A stretch of 64,000 nucleotides of DNA from Candidatus Acidiferrales bacterium (GTDB lineage: Bacteria > Chloroflexota > Dormibacteria > Aeolococcales > Bog-877): positions 6,668 to 70,667 of the forward strand of contig DATLTJ010000053.1 of NCBI GenBank assembly GCA_035533655.1. The letters are read 5' to 3'. The translations under genes and the position numbers were made by a program. Positions 39,202-49,092 of the stretch are shown one piece after another. Each line of letters starts with the position of its first letter. Position 1 is the first letter of the stretch. The notes beneath the pieces were generated by a model. The model worked only from the letters and a program-made list of their open reading frames with translations, searched no databases and was not told the origin of the DNA.

Positions 39202-39723
39202 ATGAATACCGTCCTAGAAAGACCCCAGATCGCCGCGAGCACGCTGGAAGACCTTGGTCGCCAGCATCTCGATGCCCTAGTCACGTACGCCCTGCATCTC
39301 ACCGGTACGCCCGAGGACGCGGTGGAGTACGTGACGGCCGGCCTATTTCAGGCTCGACATTTCCCAGCGGCGGCACTGCACCGTGACGGACGGGCAATCC
39401 TCTACCGGTCGGTGACCCGCGCCGCCCGCCAGAACCAGCACTATCCACCGCAGCGCCGCGGGGTGGCTCGGCTCTTTGCCAAGCGTCCGACGCTCATCAC
39501 CCTGGGTCCGGCCGCCGCCGACGCGGCTCGCATCAACACCGCCAAACGAGCACTTTTGGCGACCGAGTTCGGCCGCCGGGCATCGTTGCTGCTGCGTGAT
39601 CTGGCCAAACTCTCGTACCGCGAAATCGGCGTGGCCATGGAGTGTTCTCCTGAAGCGGCGTCCCGCCTGGTGGCTTCGGCCCGGCGTGAGTTCGGCAGCA
39701 TTTATCGTGATATTTCTATATGA
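39202..39723 (+). CDS. divergent sigma-70/ECF-like protein
   Basis: The region 4-like HTH (LLLRDLAKLSYREIGVAMECSPEAASRLVASAR) is clear; region 2 is degenerate. It is coupled to a zf-HC2 anti-sigma gene. I prefer the ATG at 39202. Confidence 0.55.
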   Translation: MNTVLERPQIAASTLEDLGRQHLDALVTYALHLTGTPEDAVEYVTAGLFQARHFPAAALHRDGRAILYRSVTRAARQNQHYPPQRRGVARLFAKRPTLITLGPAAADAARINTAKRALLATEFGRRASLLLRDLAKLSYREIGVAMECSPEAASRLVASARREFGSIYRDISI

Positions 39724-41381
39724 AATGCAGCCTCCTCACGCTTAGCTGCGCACTAGACGGGGAGCTGTCGCGAGAGCGCCAAATGGAGCTGGACGCTCAC
39801 CTCATAACCTGCGAACGGTGCAAGACCGGGATGCGCTACCTGCGCGAAGAGACAGAGCGCATTTCCCTGCTCGCACCGGTGCGACTCACCGCTGACAAAG
39901 CCACTGCCCTTCTGGAGCGCTCGCGGGTGTTGGTATCGGCCCCCGGCCACTCGATGCTGACATCCGTCGAGTCCTCCCCGGAAGACGACCACGAGCCGGT
40001 GCTCGCCGCCCCCGATCCGTTTGGAGCGCTGGGGATCGGCGCCGCCATCCTGGAGGTCTCCGAGCCAGCGGAGGTGACCCCGCCACATGAGGTCGAAGAG
40101 GAGCCACCGACCGAGCCCGCTGCCGAGGAGCCCAAGGATCTTGGTCCCGAGCTCGAGCACGGCAGCGCGTTCGAGGCCGAAGAGGCCGACCGGACCACCT
40201 CCGATGCTCTGGCAGCGGTTCCGGAAGAGCTGTGGCTGGCCGATACCCCTGACGAACCGGCTACCGAGAGCATGGCGGATACTCCCGCCTTGAACGATGA
40301 GGTGGTGGCGCCATTGTTCCCCGCGGCAGGCGAAATCGTTGCGTCCGCACCGCGGCCCCCCATCGAGCCTCCCGGCAACGTGGCCGCCGAAGACGCGCCG
40401 GTGACTCCGTCCGCTGCCCAGGAAGACGCCGTGGTCTCCGAAGCACTGCCTGATTTCGCGGAGCCTCCCCCCACCTCGAACGACGAGGAACCGGCGGAGG
40501 TGATCCGGCCCAGTTCGATGGTGGTACCCGGCTGGGAGCCCGCCACCGAACTCAAGATGCCCTGGGGCGACATCCCGGCGGCCACCCCCACCAAGGACAC
40601 CTGGGCTCCCGAGCTAGCCGGGCTCGTCGGACTCCCGGTGCCGCGCCAAACTCCGCTGCCGCCGGCCGCCCCCTTCCCGGCCGCCCGCCCCGCCCCGGCT
40701 GCCGTGCCGGGGCTGCCGTCCGACCGGAAGGCGACCACCGTCGGCCGCAAGCCTCCGCGGCGGGGCGCCGGAGGTGGCTTCCGGCGGCCTGTGCCGCCCA
40801 AGTCCGGAAAGGACGGACCGGCGGCGCGCAGCTGGACCCGTACCGGGTTGATCGCGGTAGCGGCTCTGGCAGCGGTCCTAATCGTTTGGAACATCACCCA
40901 CGGGAGCAAACCGGCCGGGGCACCCCACGCCCAATCGCAGGCCACTCCCGCCATTTCAGCTAAGCCCAGCCCATCGGCTACCGCCACCCCCTCCCCGACC
41001 GCCGCCCCGGTGGTCCTGACTGGCACCCAGACCGTGGGCAGCTCGGGCAGCGGCTACCAGGTCCAGAGCGTCCAGTACGGCGTGCACGGTTCCCAGTTTT
41101 GGGTCGTCTTTCACTTCAGCGGCGGTTCGGGCGTGCCCCAGATAACCTCCGGGTTCGACGGCTCCCAGACCATCTACCTAGAGATGCAGGGGGTAGCCCC
41201 CGGTACCGCCGTGGCTCAGCCAGCCGCGGGAAGCCTGGTCACTAGCGTCTCGGTGGGCCATGTCGCCGGTTTCACTGGTGCCGTCTACATACTGCAGTTA
41301 AGCCGCGCGGCCCAGATCTCGCCCTCGGAGCTGACCGGAAGTGAGTCGGGCGCACCAGGTTACCTGGCGATCGTTCAGTAG
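39720..41381 (+). CDS. zf-HC2 anti-sigma factor with a long acidic/Pro-rich linker, one TM segment and an extracytoplasmic domain
   Basis: N-terminus LSCALDGELS…HLITCERCK carries the H-x3-C-x2-C motif. The TM segment is GLIAVAALAAVLIVWNI. ATGA overlap with the sigma-like gene. Confidence 0.7.
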   Translation: MKCSLLTLSCALDGELSRERQMELDAHLITCERCKTGMRYLREETERISLLAPVRLTADKATALLERSRVLVSAPGHSMLTSVESSPEDDHEPVLAAPDPFGALGIGAAILEVSEPAEVTPPHEVEEEPPTEPAAEEPKDLGPELEHGSAFEAEEADRTTSDALAAVPEELWLADTPDEPATESMADTPALNDEVVAPLFPAAGEIVASAPRPPIEPPGNVAAEDAPVTPSAAQEDAVVSEALPDFAEPPPTSNDEEPAEVIRPSSMVVPGWEPATELKMPWGDIPAATPTKDTWAPELAGLVGLPVPRQTPLPPAAPFPAARPAPAAVPGLPSDRKATTVGRKPPRRGAGGGFRRPVPPKSGKDGPAARSWTRTGLIAVAALAAVLIVWNITHGSKPAGAPHAQSQATPAISAKPSPSATATPSPTAAPVVLTGTQTVGSSGSGYQVQSVQYGVHGSQFWVVFHFSGGSGVPQITSGFDGSQTIYLEMQGVAPGTAVAQPAAGSLVTSVSVGHVAGFTGAVYILQLSRAAQISPSELTGSESGAPGYLAIVQ

Positions 41382-41581
41382 GCCGAAGCGAGAACCCAGG
41401 GGCCTTCCCGGGCGAAACCTGAACCGCCGAGGCACCGCCCGATGTCCGTCGGGGACTGGCGGAGCGGCCCGACTCTCAGCCTAGGGGACTGGCTCGTTCT
41501 CAGCCGGTGGCGCCCGAGCGGCCCCGAAGTTAGGTGAGCCGCTCGACGTGCTGGCTCTGGTGCTGAGGGCCAGCGCGCCAG

Positions 41582-42226
41582 TTAGTTTCGACTGTAGGTC
41601 GGGACGGTCTGGAGCCGGTTCGCCAGCTGCAGGTCGAGCAGGGTCGATTCCCGCTTCAGCAACTCCATCTCCTGGCGGAGCCTCGTGCTGACACTCGGCT
41701 GCTCCAGGAGCCGCTGCTTGGGCGGCAGATCGATCATCAAGGTGGAGGCGATCACCCAGGAGAGGAGGAGGGGATCGGTGGGCAGAGGGTTGGAGCTCGG
41801 TGGGCGTCCGGTGATGCGGGCCAGGCCCGCGGTGTAGCGGGTCAGCACCGCCCGCGCCTCACTGGCCAGGATGAAAGCGGCCGGGTCCGGCGCTTGGTCT
41901 TCGAGCAGCTCCACCTCGCCTTTCAGGTAGGGCATCCCGGGCACCAGCTCCTTGATCCGAAATCGCCGGGCGCCGGTCACCACCAAGTGGATGCGCCCCT
42001 CGGGGAGTGAGCGCAGTTTGGTGATGACGGCCACGGTCCCTACCTCCTCGGGATCAGCCGGTCCCCCAACCTCGTCTCCACTTCGGATGGCGACCATCCC
42101 GAACCTGCCCCCGGACTTCTGGCAGTCCCGCACCAGCGCCTGGTAGCGCGGTTCGAAGACGTGCAGGGCTAGCGGCATATGGGGATACAGCACCACGCGC
42201 AGGGGAAAGAGGGCTAGCTCAGACAA
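41582..42226 (-). CDS. LON N-terminal substrate-binding domain protein
   Basis: LFPLRVVLYPHMPLALHVFEPRYQALV is the Lon N-domain signature. 214 aa, with no ATPase or protease part. Confidence 0.8.
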   Translation of the reverse strand: MSELALFPLRVVLYPHMPLALHVFEPRYQALVRDCQKSGGRFGMVAIRSGDEVGGPADPEEVGTVAVITKLRSLPEGRIHLVVTGARRFRIKELVPGMPYLKGEVELLEDQAPDPAAFILASEARAVLTRYTAGLARITGRPPSSNPLPTDPLLLSWVIASTLMIDLPPKQRLLEQPSVSTRLRQEMELLKRESTLLDLQLANRLQTVPTYSRN

Positions 42227-42273
42227 GGTCGCCCAGTATGCACATCGGGGCCGCCCGTACTTCGGTGGAACCT

Positions 42274-44151
42274 TCAGATCCGAGCCAGGGGGGTCAGTCC
42301 GAGCAGTTGCAGGGATCTGGCCAAGGTTGCCCGAGTGGCGTCCACCAGCCCCCGCCGCAATCCCCTGAGTTCCTGGTCCTGCAGCTGGTAGAGCCGGTCC
42401 GAGTGCTCGTAGAAGTCATTGAAGGCCGTGGCCAGCGAGAAGGTGTAGCCAGCTAGCGTCGAGGGACTGAGGCCGTCGGCCGCCTCAGCCACAACCCGTG
42501 GGAACCGCTCCAGCAACTTCACCAGCGTCTGCTCGGAGGGGCTAAGCTCGGGCACACTCTGCGGGAATGGAAGCGGCGCGACCTTGGCCAGGATTCCACA
42601 GGCGCGGGCGTGGGCATACTGCAGGTACACCCCGGTGTCCCCGCTGGTCCGCAGCGCCTCCCCGAAGTCAAAATTGATGATCGAGTTGAGGCCGAAGCGG
42701 AGCAGGTAATACCGGACCGCGCTGGCGGCGAGCCGGGCCGCGACGGTCTGGTCGCGAGCCTTGGAGCGGACCTGGCGCTCGGCCTCATCCAGCAGGTCGT
42801 CGGCCCCCACATCGATTCCCTGGCGCCCGCTGAGGGCGTACATCGCCTTGCCCTCGCTGGTGTCCACGCCCAGCGCGGCAGCTGCCATGGGAGAGAGCGC
42901 CACCACCTCGTAGGCGAGGTGGTGGAGGGCGTCTGCCTGGGACGCGAAACCGAGGCGGCGCAGGGCCTCCCGGACCGCCAGCTGAGGCGCGCTCTGGCGC
43001 TGATCAATCACGTTGACGACCCGGGCGGCTCGCCCGAACCAATCCTTCGGCAATTGGGCGAGCTCTGGATCGGCAGTAGTGCTGGCCGGTCCCTGGGGGG
43101 ACCAGAGTCGATAGTCGAAGTCCAGGCCGAGCACCCCGAACTTCCACAGGTGATAGGCGATGTCCTTGCCGGTGTAAGTTGCGATGCCGTCGCTCTTGAT
43201 CAGGACCTTGGCCTCGCCGACGGCCAACTCCGGCTGTTCGGAGCCCTCCTCCAGCGGTAGCACCCAACAGCCCTTGAGGGGCCCATCTGATGGCTGACGA
43301 ATCACCCCCGACTCCTGCATCCATTCAAGAGCGTGGCCGAGGAAACCGAGCTCGATGATGTCGGACTCCCAGGTCAGCAGGTCGTAGCCGACTCCGGCCC
43401 GGGCCATCGTCTGCAGGTGGGCGTCGACGATCTGGCCGGCCAACTCCTTGGCCGCCTCGGCCACCTCGCCGTCGCGGGCCTCGATCTGGCGCAAGGTCCG
43501 GACCCGCAGCTCGACGAGATCCGGCTCCGACTCATATCGGCGGCAGACTTCGACGTAGGCTCGCGAGCAGAAGCGATCGAACGGCTCGCCCTGTTCGGGC
43601 GCCAGTCCGAGGTGGCGGATCCCCACCAGGACGTCGGCCACCTGGACGCCGGTGTCGTCGATGTAGTTCTGCACCTCGACCAGGTGGCCCCGGGCCCGGA
43701 GCAGACGCGCCACGGTGTCGCCGATGCAGGCGTTCCGCAGGTGGCCCACATGCGCCGCCTTGTTGGGGTTGGTGGCGGTGTGCTCGACGACCACCTTGGG
43801 GCCGGCCGTGGGGTCCGGGCTAACCACCTCACCCAGACTGAGCGCGCTTTCGATCACGGCGGGGGTCAGCGAGGCGAAGTCGACTTTGAGGTTGAGGTAG
43901 CCGGAACCGCTGACGGTGATCTCCCGACAGTGGGCGAGGGACTGGTCAGCCAGCTGGCTTGCCAGCTCGGCGGCGATCTCCCGCGGGGAGCGCTTCAGGG
44001 CCCCGGCCAGACGGAAGGCCAATGCCGACGAGTAGTCCCCAATCTCAGGAACCGCCGACGGCTCGACCGCCGGATCAGGCAGCGTGCCGGCCCCCAAAGC
44101 CGACGCCGCCATCCCCAGGGCGCGCGCGAACGACTCCTGGAGGTCTGGCAT
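42274..44151 (-). CDS. argS: arginine--tRNA ligase
   Basis: 625 aa with the class I HIGH-type motif NPNKAAHVGHLRN and an ArgS-like anticodon-binding C-terminus ending …LGLTPLARI. Confidence 0.9.
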   Translation of the reverse strand: MPDLQESFARALGMAASALGAGTLPDPAVEPSAVPEIGDYSSALAFRLAGALKRSPREIAAELASQLADQSLAHCREITVSGSGYLNLKVDFASLTPAVIESALSLGEVVSPDPTAGPKVVVEHTATNPNKAAHVGHLRNACIGDTVARLLRARGHLVEVQNYIDDTGVQVADVLVGIRHLGLAPEQGEPFDRFCSRAYVEVCRRYESEPDLVELRVRTLRQIEARDGEVAEAAKELAGQIVDAHLQTMARAGVGYDLLTWESDIIELGFLGHALEWMQESGVIRQPSDGPLKGCWVLPLEEGSEQPELAVGEAKVLIKSDGIATYTGKDIAYHLWKFGVLGLDFDYRLWSPQGPASTTADPELAQLPKDWFGRAARVVNVIDQRQSAPQLAVREALRRLGFASQADALHHLAYEVVALSPMAAAALGVDTSEGKAMYALSGRQGIDVGADDLLDEAERQVRSKARDQTVAARLAASAVRYYLLRFGLNSIINFDFGEALRTSGDTGVYLQYAHARACGILAKVAPLPFPQSVPELSPSEQTLVKLLERFPRVVAEAADGLSPSTLAGYTFSLATAFNDFYEHSDRLYQLQDQELRGLRRGLVDATRATLARSLQLLGLTPLARI

Positions 44152-44191
44152 AGGCGCGTGATCGTATCGCTTCAGGCGCCCGCTCCTAATC

Positions 44192-44515
44192 TCAGACTAG
44201 GGCGTCGAGCTTCGCTTTGAGGGCGGACTTCGGCTGGTAGCCGACGACTCGCTGCACCGCCTCCCCACCTTTGAACAGGATGAGGGTGGGGATGCTCATG
44301 ACCCCGAACTGACCGGCGATGTTGGGGTTGGCGTCCACGTCGAGCTTGGCCACCTTGACCCGGGCGCCGTACTCCGTGGCGAGATCCTCGACGATCGGGG
44401 CCAGCATCTTGCACGGATTGCACCAGTCAGCCCAAAAGTCCACCAGGACCGGGGTCTCTGACTTGATCACTTCACTTTCGAAGGTCGCATCGCTCACCTG
44501 AACTGGCTCAGCCAT
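44192..44515 (-). CDS. trxA: thioredoxin (active site WCNPC)
   Basis: 107 aa, [18 protein letters not shown]…[11 protein letters not shown]. The DNA reads tgg tgc aat ccg tgc. Confidence 0.9.
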   Translation of the reverse strand: MAEPVQVSDATFESEVIKSETPVLVDFWADWCNPCKMLAPIVEDLATEYGARVKVAKLDVDANPNIAGQFGVMSIPTLILFKGGEAVQRVVGYQPKSALKAKLDALV

Positions 44516-44530
44516 GGTCTTCTCCCGGCG

Positions 44531-44869
44531 TCAGGCGCTTTGGCCCGCTGGGGCGGCGCTTCCTGACGCTGAATCCTTTTTCGGTTTATCTGACTTCGTC
44601 TCACTGGCTCCGGCATCGGCCGGGGCCGGGGTTGGGGACGGGGTATCCGCTGGCTTACTGTCACTCGAAGCTGGCGCAATCGAACTCGAGGACGAGGATC
44701 TGGAGTCGTTCTTGTAGAACCCCTGGCCCTTGAAGACGATGCCGACTGGGAAGACCATCCTCCGGACCGGAGCCCCACAGGTGGTGCACTTGGTCAGGGC
44801 CGGCTCGGTGATTCCCTGGACGGTCTCGAACTGATGACCGGCCTCGCAGCGATACGCGTAAGTGGGCAC
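44531..44869 (-). CDS. FmdB-family zinc-ribbon protein with a Ser/Pro-rich tail
   Basis: VPTYAYRCEAGHQFE…CTTCGAP. GTG at 44869; the longer ORF overlaps the upstream gene. Confidence 0.7.
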   Translation of the reverse strand: MPTYAYRCEAGHQFETVQGITEPALTKCTTCGAPVRRMVFPVGIVFKGQGFYKNDSRSSSSSSIAPASSDSKPADTPSPTPAPADAGASETKSDKPKKDSASGSAAPAGQSA

Positions 44870-44961
44870 TCCGACCCCAACCCTACCCGAATTGACGCCA
44901 ACTCCAAACTGGGCTACCGCTGGGCAAAGTTGCCCGGGAGCCACTTCTCGGACCCGAATCC

Positions 44962-46206
44962 TCACGCAGTGCTCATGATCACGAGGCCAGCTGGGACCTT
45001 GGGGAAGAAGTAGGTCGACTTCTGGGGCATCGCCTCACCGGCCGCGGCGACGGCAGCCACCTCCGCCACCGTGGTCGGGTTGACCAAGAACGCCACCCCG
45101 CGCTGGGCCAGAGCCAGTTCCAGCGCCTCCTGGGGGTCGCGGGTGTAGAGGAGCCTACCGGCGGCCGCATCTCCGGGCGCGATCCCCAGCAGGGGGTCTA
45201 GGATCTCGGCTTCCAGCACGCTGACATCGAGTGCCAGCCGGGGGCTGGTGCCGTCGCCTTCCTGACGGGACCGGCTCACCACCACTTTGCCACTGGCTCC
45301 GACGATCGCCAGGGCGTGGGTCGTATCCCCCAGCGCGGCCAGTTTTGCCAGCGCCTCGCTCAGCTCCACGACCGGCTCGGTCTGCCAGCCTCGGGATGCC
45401 AGGGAGTTGGCGAGCTCGTCAACTCCCTGGGGCGCCTCGGGGACCACTCGGTGAGTCGGCAGGATCACATTGCCGGAATCCTCCAGCGGAGCAACCAAGG
45501 CCAGAACCTGGGGCAGTCCCAGGCTGAGGGCGGTCTCGTAGCGGTGATGGCCGTCGGCGATGAAGAGCCGGGTCCGGCTTAAGCCAGCCGAGATCCTCCG
45601 GACCGTCTCGGGATCCGCGACCTGCCACAGCTGGTGGCGCTCCGACCCGTACTCGCCCTCGATCACTGCCTCAGCGAAGGGGCGCTCAGAAGAGGTCACC
45701 CGCTCTAGCTCGCGAGTCACCTCCGCGCTGTCCTCATAGAGCAGGAAGACCGGGGAGGTCTGGGCCTTGGTCGCCTGAAGCAGCCGGAGCCGGTCCGTCC
45801 GGGGCGCCGTCATCGTCAACTCGTGGCGGAGCACCTCGCCCCGTTCGTGGGGCACCGGCTGGAGCCCGACGAAGACCCCCAACCGTTCGCGGGGTCCGCC
45901 GCCGCCGGGGGGCCGGAAGGAGTGCCGCTGAATGTAGAGGGAGGGCTGCTCGTCCTGGACTAGGACTCGCTCCTGCAGCCACGCCTGGAGGTGGTCGCGA
46001 GCCCGAGTGTACCGGTCACGCTTGCCCGGGAGATCGTCCTCGAAGTCTCGGCCCAGTTCGACTCGAACCACGTTCTGCATCGACCGTCCGTACAGCTCGA
46101 GCTGCAGTTGGGGGCTGATTACGTCGTAGGGGGGAGCCAACACCGTCTCGAGCGAGACCAAAGCCGGGTCGTAGTGGATGCCCCGAAAGGGGGAGACCTC
46201 GGCCAC
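44962..46206 (-). CDS. DUF1015 domain-containing protein
   Basis: N-terminus VSPFRGIHYDP…APPYDVIS, plus ADGHHRYE. Confidence 0.8.
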   Translation of the reverse strand: MAEVSPFRGIHYDPALVSLETVLAPPYDVISPQLQLELYGRSMQNVVRVELGRDFEDDLPGKRDRYTRARDHLQAWLQERVLVQDEQPSLYIQRHSFRPPGGGGPRERLGVFVGLQPVPHERGEVLRHELTMTAPRTDRLRLLQATKAQTSPVFLLYEDSAEVTRELERVTSSERPFAEAVIEGEYGSERHQLWQVADPETVRRISAGLSRTRLFIADGHHRYETALSLGLPQVLALVAPLEDSGNVILPTHRVVPEAPQGVDELANSLASRGWQTEPVVELSEALAKLAALGDTTHALAIVGASGKVVVSRSRQEGDGTSPRLALDVSVLEAEILDPLLGIAPGDAAAGRLLYTRDPQEALELALAQRGVAFLVNPTTVAEVAAVAAAGEAMPQKSTYFFPKVPAGLVIMSTA

Positions 46207-46212
46207 CTTGCG

Positions 46213-47811
46213 CTAGAGCTCGACCAGGTGCAGGTCGGTCACTCCGTCGATGGCCCGCAGCTGGTCGGCCAGCTCCGGGGTCACCCGCTCGTCGATCTTT
46301 ACCGCGGTCACGGCTCGACCTCGGGGCGTATCGCGGCCCACCCGCATCTCCGCGATGTTCACATTGGCCTGTCCCAGCAGCTGTCCGATCGCCCCGATCA
46401 GACCGGGCCGGTCCCGGTGGCCAAAGAAGAGAAACAGCCCCTGCGGGTCGAGGTCGATGGGCAGCCCGTTCAGCCGGACGATCCTCGACTCTCCGCTGGC
46501 GGTAGTTCCCTCCAGCTCGGTGGGGCCATCCCCGTCGACCCGCAGGACCAGCGAGCTGGCCCAGGTCGCGGCCCCGGAACCGCGCTGCTCGGTGACCTCG
46601 ATGCCGTGCTGGCGGGCGACCGCCCTCGCGTTCACGGCCGTGACTCGGTCCTGGGTGAAGGTCCGCAGAATGCCACCGAGGGCCTCGGCGGTGATCGAGC
46701 TCGGCTGAACGGTGGCCAGCTCGCCCCGGAATACCAGCTCCACCGCCCGGATCCGGCCTCCGCCCAGTTGGGCGTACAGGCTGCCCAGCTGGGCGGCCAG
46801 GATCTGGTAGGGAACGATCAATCCGGCCTCCTCCGGTGCGATTGCGGGGGCGTTGACCGCCCACCGCGCGGGTCGTCCCGCCAGCACCTCGGCGATCTGG
46901 TCGGCCACGTCGTTGGCGACGGAGAGCTGGGCTTCCACGGTCGACGCCCCCAGGTGGGGGGTTACCAGGATGCCCGGCTCATGGAGGAGGGGGTTCGCCG
47001 GCGCCGGGGGCTCCTCGGTGAAGACGTCTACCGCGGCGCCGGCGAGATGGCCCTGATGAACCGCGTCCGCCAGGGCGGCTTCGTCGATGATCCCGCCCCT
47101 TCCGACGTTGAGAACCCGGGCCCCTTTGGGCAGCCGGGCGAGCTGGGCCGGCCCGATCAGGCCCCGGGTGGCATCGCTGAGCGGGGTATGGACGGTGAGC
47201 ACGTCGGCCTCGGCCAGCACCTGGTCCAGGGGGAGGAGCTCCACCCCGAGCTGTTCGGCGTGCTCCTGCGAGACCAGGGGGTCGAAGGCGACCACCCGCA
47301 TCTGTAATCCCTGAGCCATCCGGGTAACCTCGGCGCCGATCTTACCCAGCCCCACGACCCCCAGGGTCTTGCCCCGAAGCTCACTCCCGACCAGTTTGGA
47401 GCGCTCCCAGCCACCGCCCCGCAGCGAGGCGTCCCCCCGAGCCACATTGCGGGCCAGGGCCAGCATCAGGGCCATCGTGTGCTCGGCCGCCGCCACCGTG
47501 TTGCCGGTCGGCGCGTTGACGACCAAGACGCCCTGGGCGCTGGCCGCCTCGACGTCGATGTTGTCGACCCCGACCCCGGCCCGGCCGATTACGCGCAGGT
47601 TGACCCCCGCCGCGATCACCTTGGCGGTCACCTTGGTCTCGCTGCGCACGACCAGCGCCTGGAATGGGCCCAGCCGCTCCACCAGCTGGTCCTCGGTGAG
47701 TTTGAGGGCGACCTCGACCTCGCCCGCCGCCTGCAATCGACTGATCCCATCCGGGGCGATGGGATCAGCCACCAGAATCCGGGCTGGGCCCGGAACTAAC
47801 GGCGAAGACAT
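46213..47811 (-). CDS. serA: D-3-phosphoglycerate dehydrogenase (long form with ASB and ACT domains)
   Basis: 532 aa with GRAGVGVDNID, GVVGLGKIGAEV and a C-terminal ACT-like segment. Confidence 0.9.
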   Translation of the reverse strand: MSSPLVPGPARILVADPIAPDGISRLQAAGEVEVALKLTEDQLVERLGPFQALVVRSETKVTAKVIAAGVNLRVIGRAGVGVDNIDVEAASAQGVLVVNAPTGNTVAAAEHTMALMLALARNVARGDASLRGGGWERSKLVGSELRGKTLGVVGLGKIGAEVTRMAQGLQMRVVAFDPLVSQEHAEQLGVELLPLDQVLAEADVLTVHTPLSDATRGLIGPAQLARLPKGARVLNVGRGGIIDEAALADAVHQGHLAGAAVDVFTEEPPAPANPLLHEPGILVTPHLGASTVEAQLSVANDVADQIAEVLAGRPARWAVNAPAIAPEEAGLIVPYQILAAQLGSLYAQLGGGRIRAVELVFRGELATVQPSSITAEALGGILRTFTQDRVTAVNARAVARQHGIEVTEQRGSGAATWASSLVLRVDGDGPTELEGTTASGESRIVRLNGLPIDLDPQGLFLFFGHRDRPGLIGAIGQLLGQANVNIAEMRVGRDTPRGRAVTAVKIDERVTPELADQLRAIDGVTDLHLVEL

Positions 47812-47899
47812 GCGAACTTCCTCTCAGTCGTGAGCGAACGGGCTGCGGGGGCGGCTACTGGCAGCAATTCCTCCCTGGCCACCGGCCAGTCTATCGGAC

Positions 47900-48754
47900 C
47901 TAGGTCCGCTCGCTTCCGTTCGCCTCCCACAGCCGGATTCCGCCCAAGAGGCCGGCGGAATTGTCCACCAGAGTCACGTCGTCAGCAAGCGGGATCTTCA
48001 CGTGGGTCGAGTTCCCGCCACCCACGTAGAGGTGGTCGAAGAGGAGCAGGTCGCGCACCGTCTCTACCGCTCGTAGCACTCGGCGATTCCACCGCTTGTC
48101 CCCAACCTTTTGGCGCGCGGCCTCGCCGACGTACTCGCTGTAGGTCTTGTTTTTGTGGCACGGATGGTGGGCCAGCTCTAGGTGAACGGCCAGCTTCCCG
48201 TCCTGAAAGATGGCGCTGCCGAAGGCAGTGCCCAGGGTCACCACGACCTCCAGCCCCCTGCCTGTGATCACCGCCATCCCCTGCACCTCGGCGTCGTTCC
48301 CAACCCGAGTCGGCTTGCCCAAAGTCCGGGTCGTGACGCGAGCCAAGTTGAAGTGGTCCCAGGCCCGCTCCAGAGGAGGCGAGATCGGGGTTCCCTCACC
48401 TCCCTCGCGAATGAAGTGCGGGGCACTGAGAATGACCCCGCCCCGAACCACGCCGGGGAATCCCACCGAGACCCGGTCATAGCCGGGGCTGGTCCCTGCC
48501 AGCTTCTTGAACACCTGCAGCATGTCTGACGGGGGCAACGGATATTCGGTCTTGACCCGCACCGTCTCCTTGAGCGGCTTGCCGACGGGATCGAGCAGCT
48601 CGGCCTTGATACCGGTGCCACCGACGTCGATCGACAGCGTGACCTCACGACTTGGGCGCGGCTGAGGCGGCGAGCTTCGCCGCCTCGTGGTAGCCGGCTT
48701 GCCGGGAAGCGCCACAGCGTTTGGCCTCCTGTTCGTCCGCGGACCCCTCGGCAC
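47900..48754 (-). CDS. ppgK: ROK family polyphosphate glucokinase-like protein
   Basis: IDVGGTGIK, NDAEVQG and TLGTAFGSAIF…LELAH, with a basic N-terminal extension. GTG start. Confidence 0.7.
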   Translation of the reverse strand: MPRGPRTNRRPNAVALPGKPATTRRRSSPPQPRPSREVTLSIDVGGTGIKAELLDPVGKPLKETVRVKTEYPLPPSDMLQVFKKLAGTSPGYDRVSVGFPGVVRGGVILSAPHFIREGGEGTPISPPLERAWDHFNLARVTTRTLGKPTRVGNDAEVQGMAVITGRGLEVVVTLGTAFGSAIFQDGKLAVHLELAHHPCHKNKTYSEYVGEAARQKVGDKRWNRRVLRAVETVRDLLLFDHLYVGGGNSTHVKIPLADDVTLVDNSAGLLGGIRLWEANGSERT

Positions 48755-48816
48755 TTTACCGCGCCCAGCCTGATTGTGGTGCTCGGTCGCCTATCTCCGA
48801 CCGGAGAAAGGTGAGC

Positions 48817-49050
48817 TCAGTGCTGGTCAGTGGCGAAGGGCAACAGCGCCATGTGCCGGGCGCGCTTGAGCGCGACGGTGAGGCGGCGTTGGTGCAGGGA
48901 GCAGGTGCCCGTCACGCGCCGAGGCAGAATCTTGCCCCGCTCACTGATGTAGCGGCGCAGGCGGGAAACCTCCTTGTGGTCCACCTCCACGATCCGCTCC
49001 AGGCAGAAGTTGCAAACCTTGCGCGGACGGCGCCGCGCGTACTCCGACAT
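48817..49050 (-). CDS. rpsR: 30S ribosomal protein S18
   Basis: 77 aa, …[39 protein letters not shown]. Confidence 0.9.
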   Translation of the reverse strand: MSEYARRRPRKVCNFCLERIVEVDHKEVSRLRRYISERGKILPRRVTGTCSLHQRRLTVALKRARHMALLPFATDQH

Positions 49051-49092
49051 GCTCTGTTCTCTCAGCCTCCGTTTGGACTTTTCACGGCGCGC

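Noticed and set aside
39836-41026. 396-aa minus-strand ORF
   Set aside because: It is antisense to the anti-sigma gene, and its Ser/Ala/Gly-rich product has no motifs. The plus-strand frame carries the zf-HC2 motif and a TM segment.
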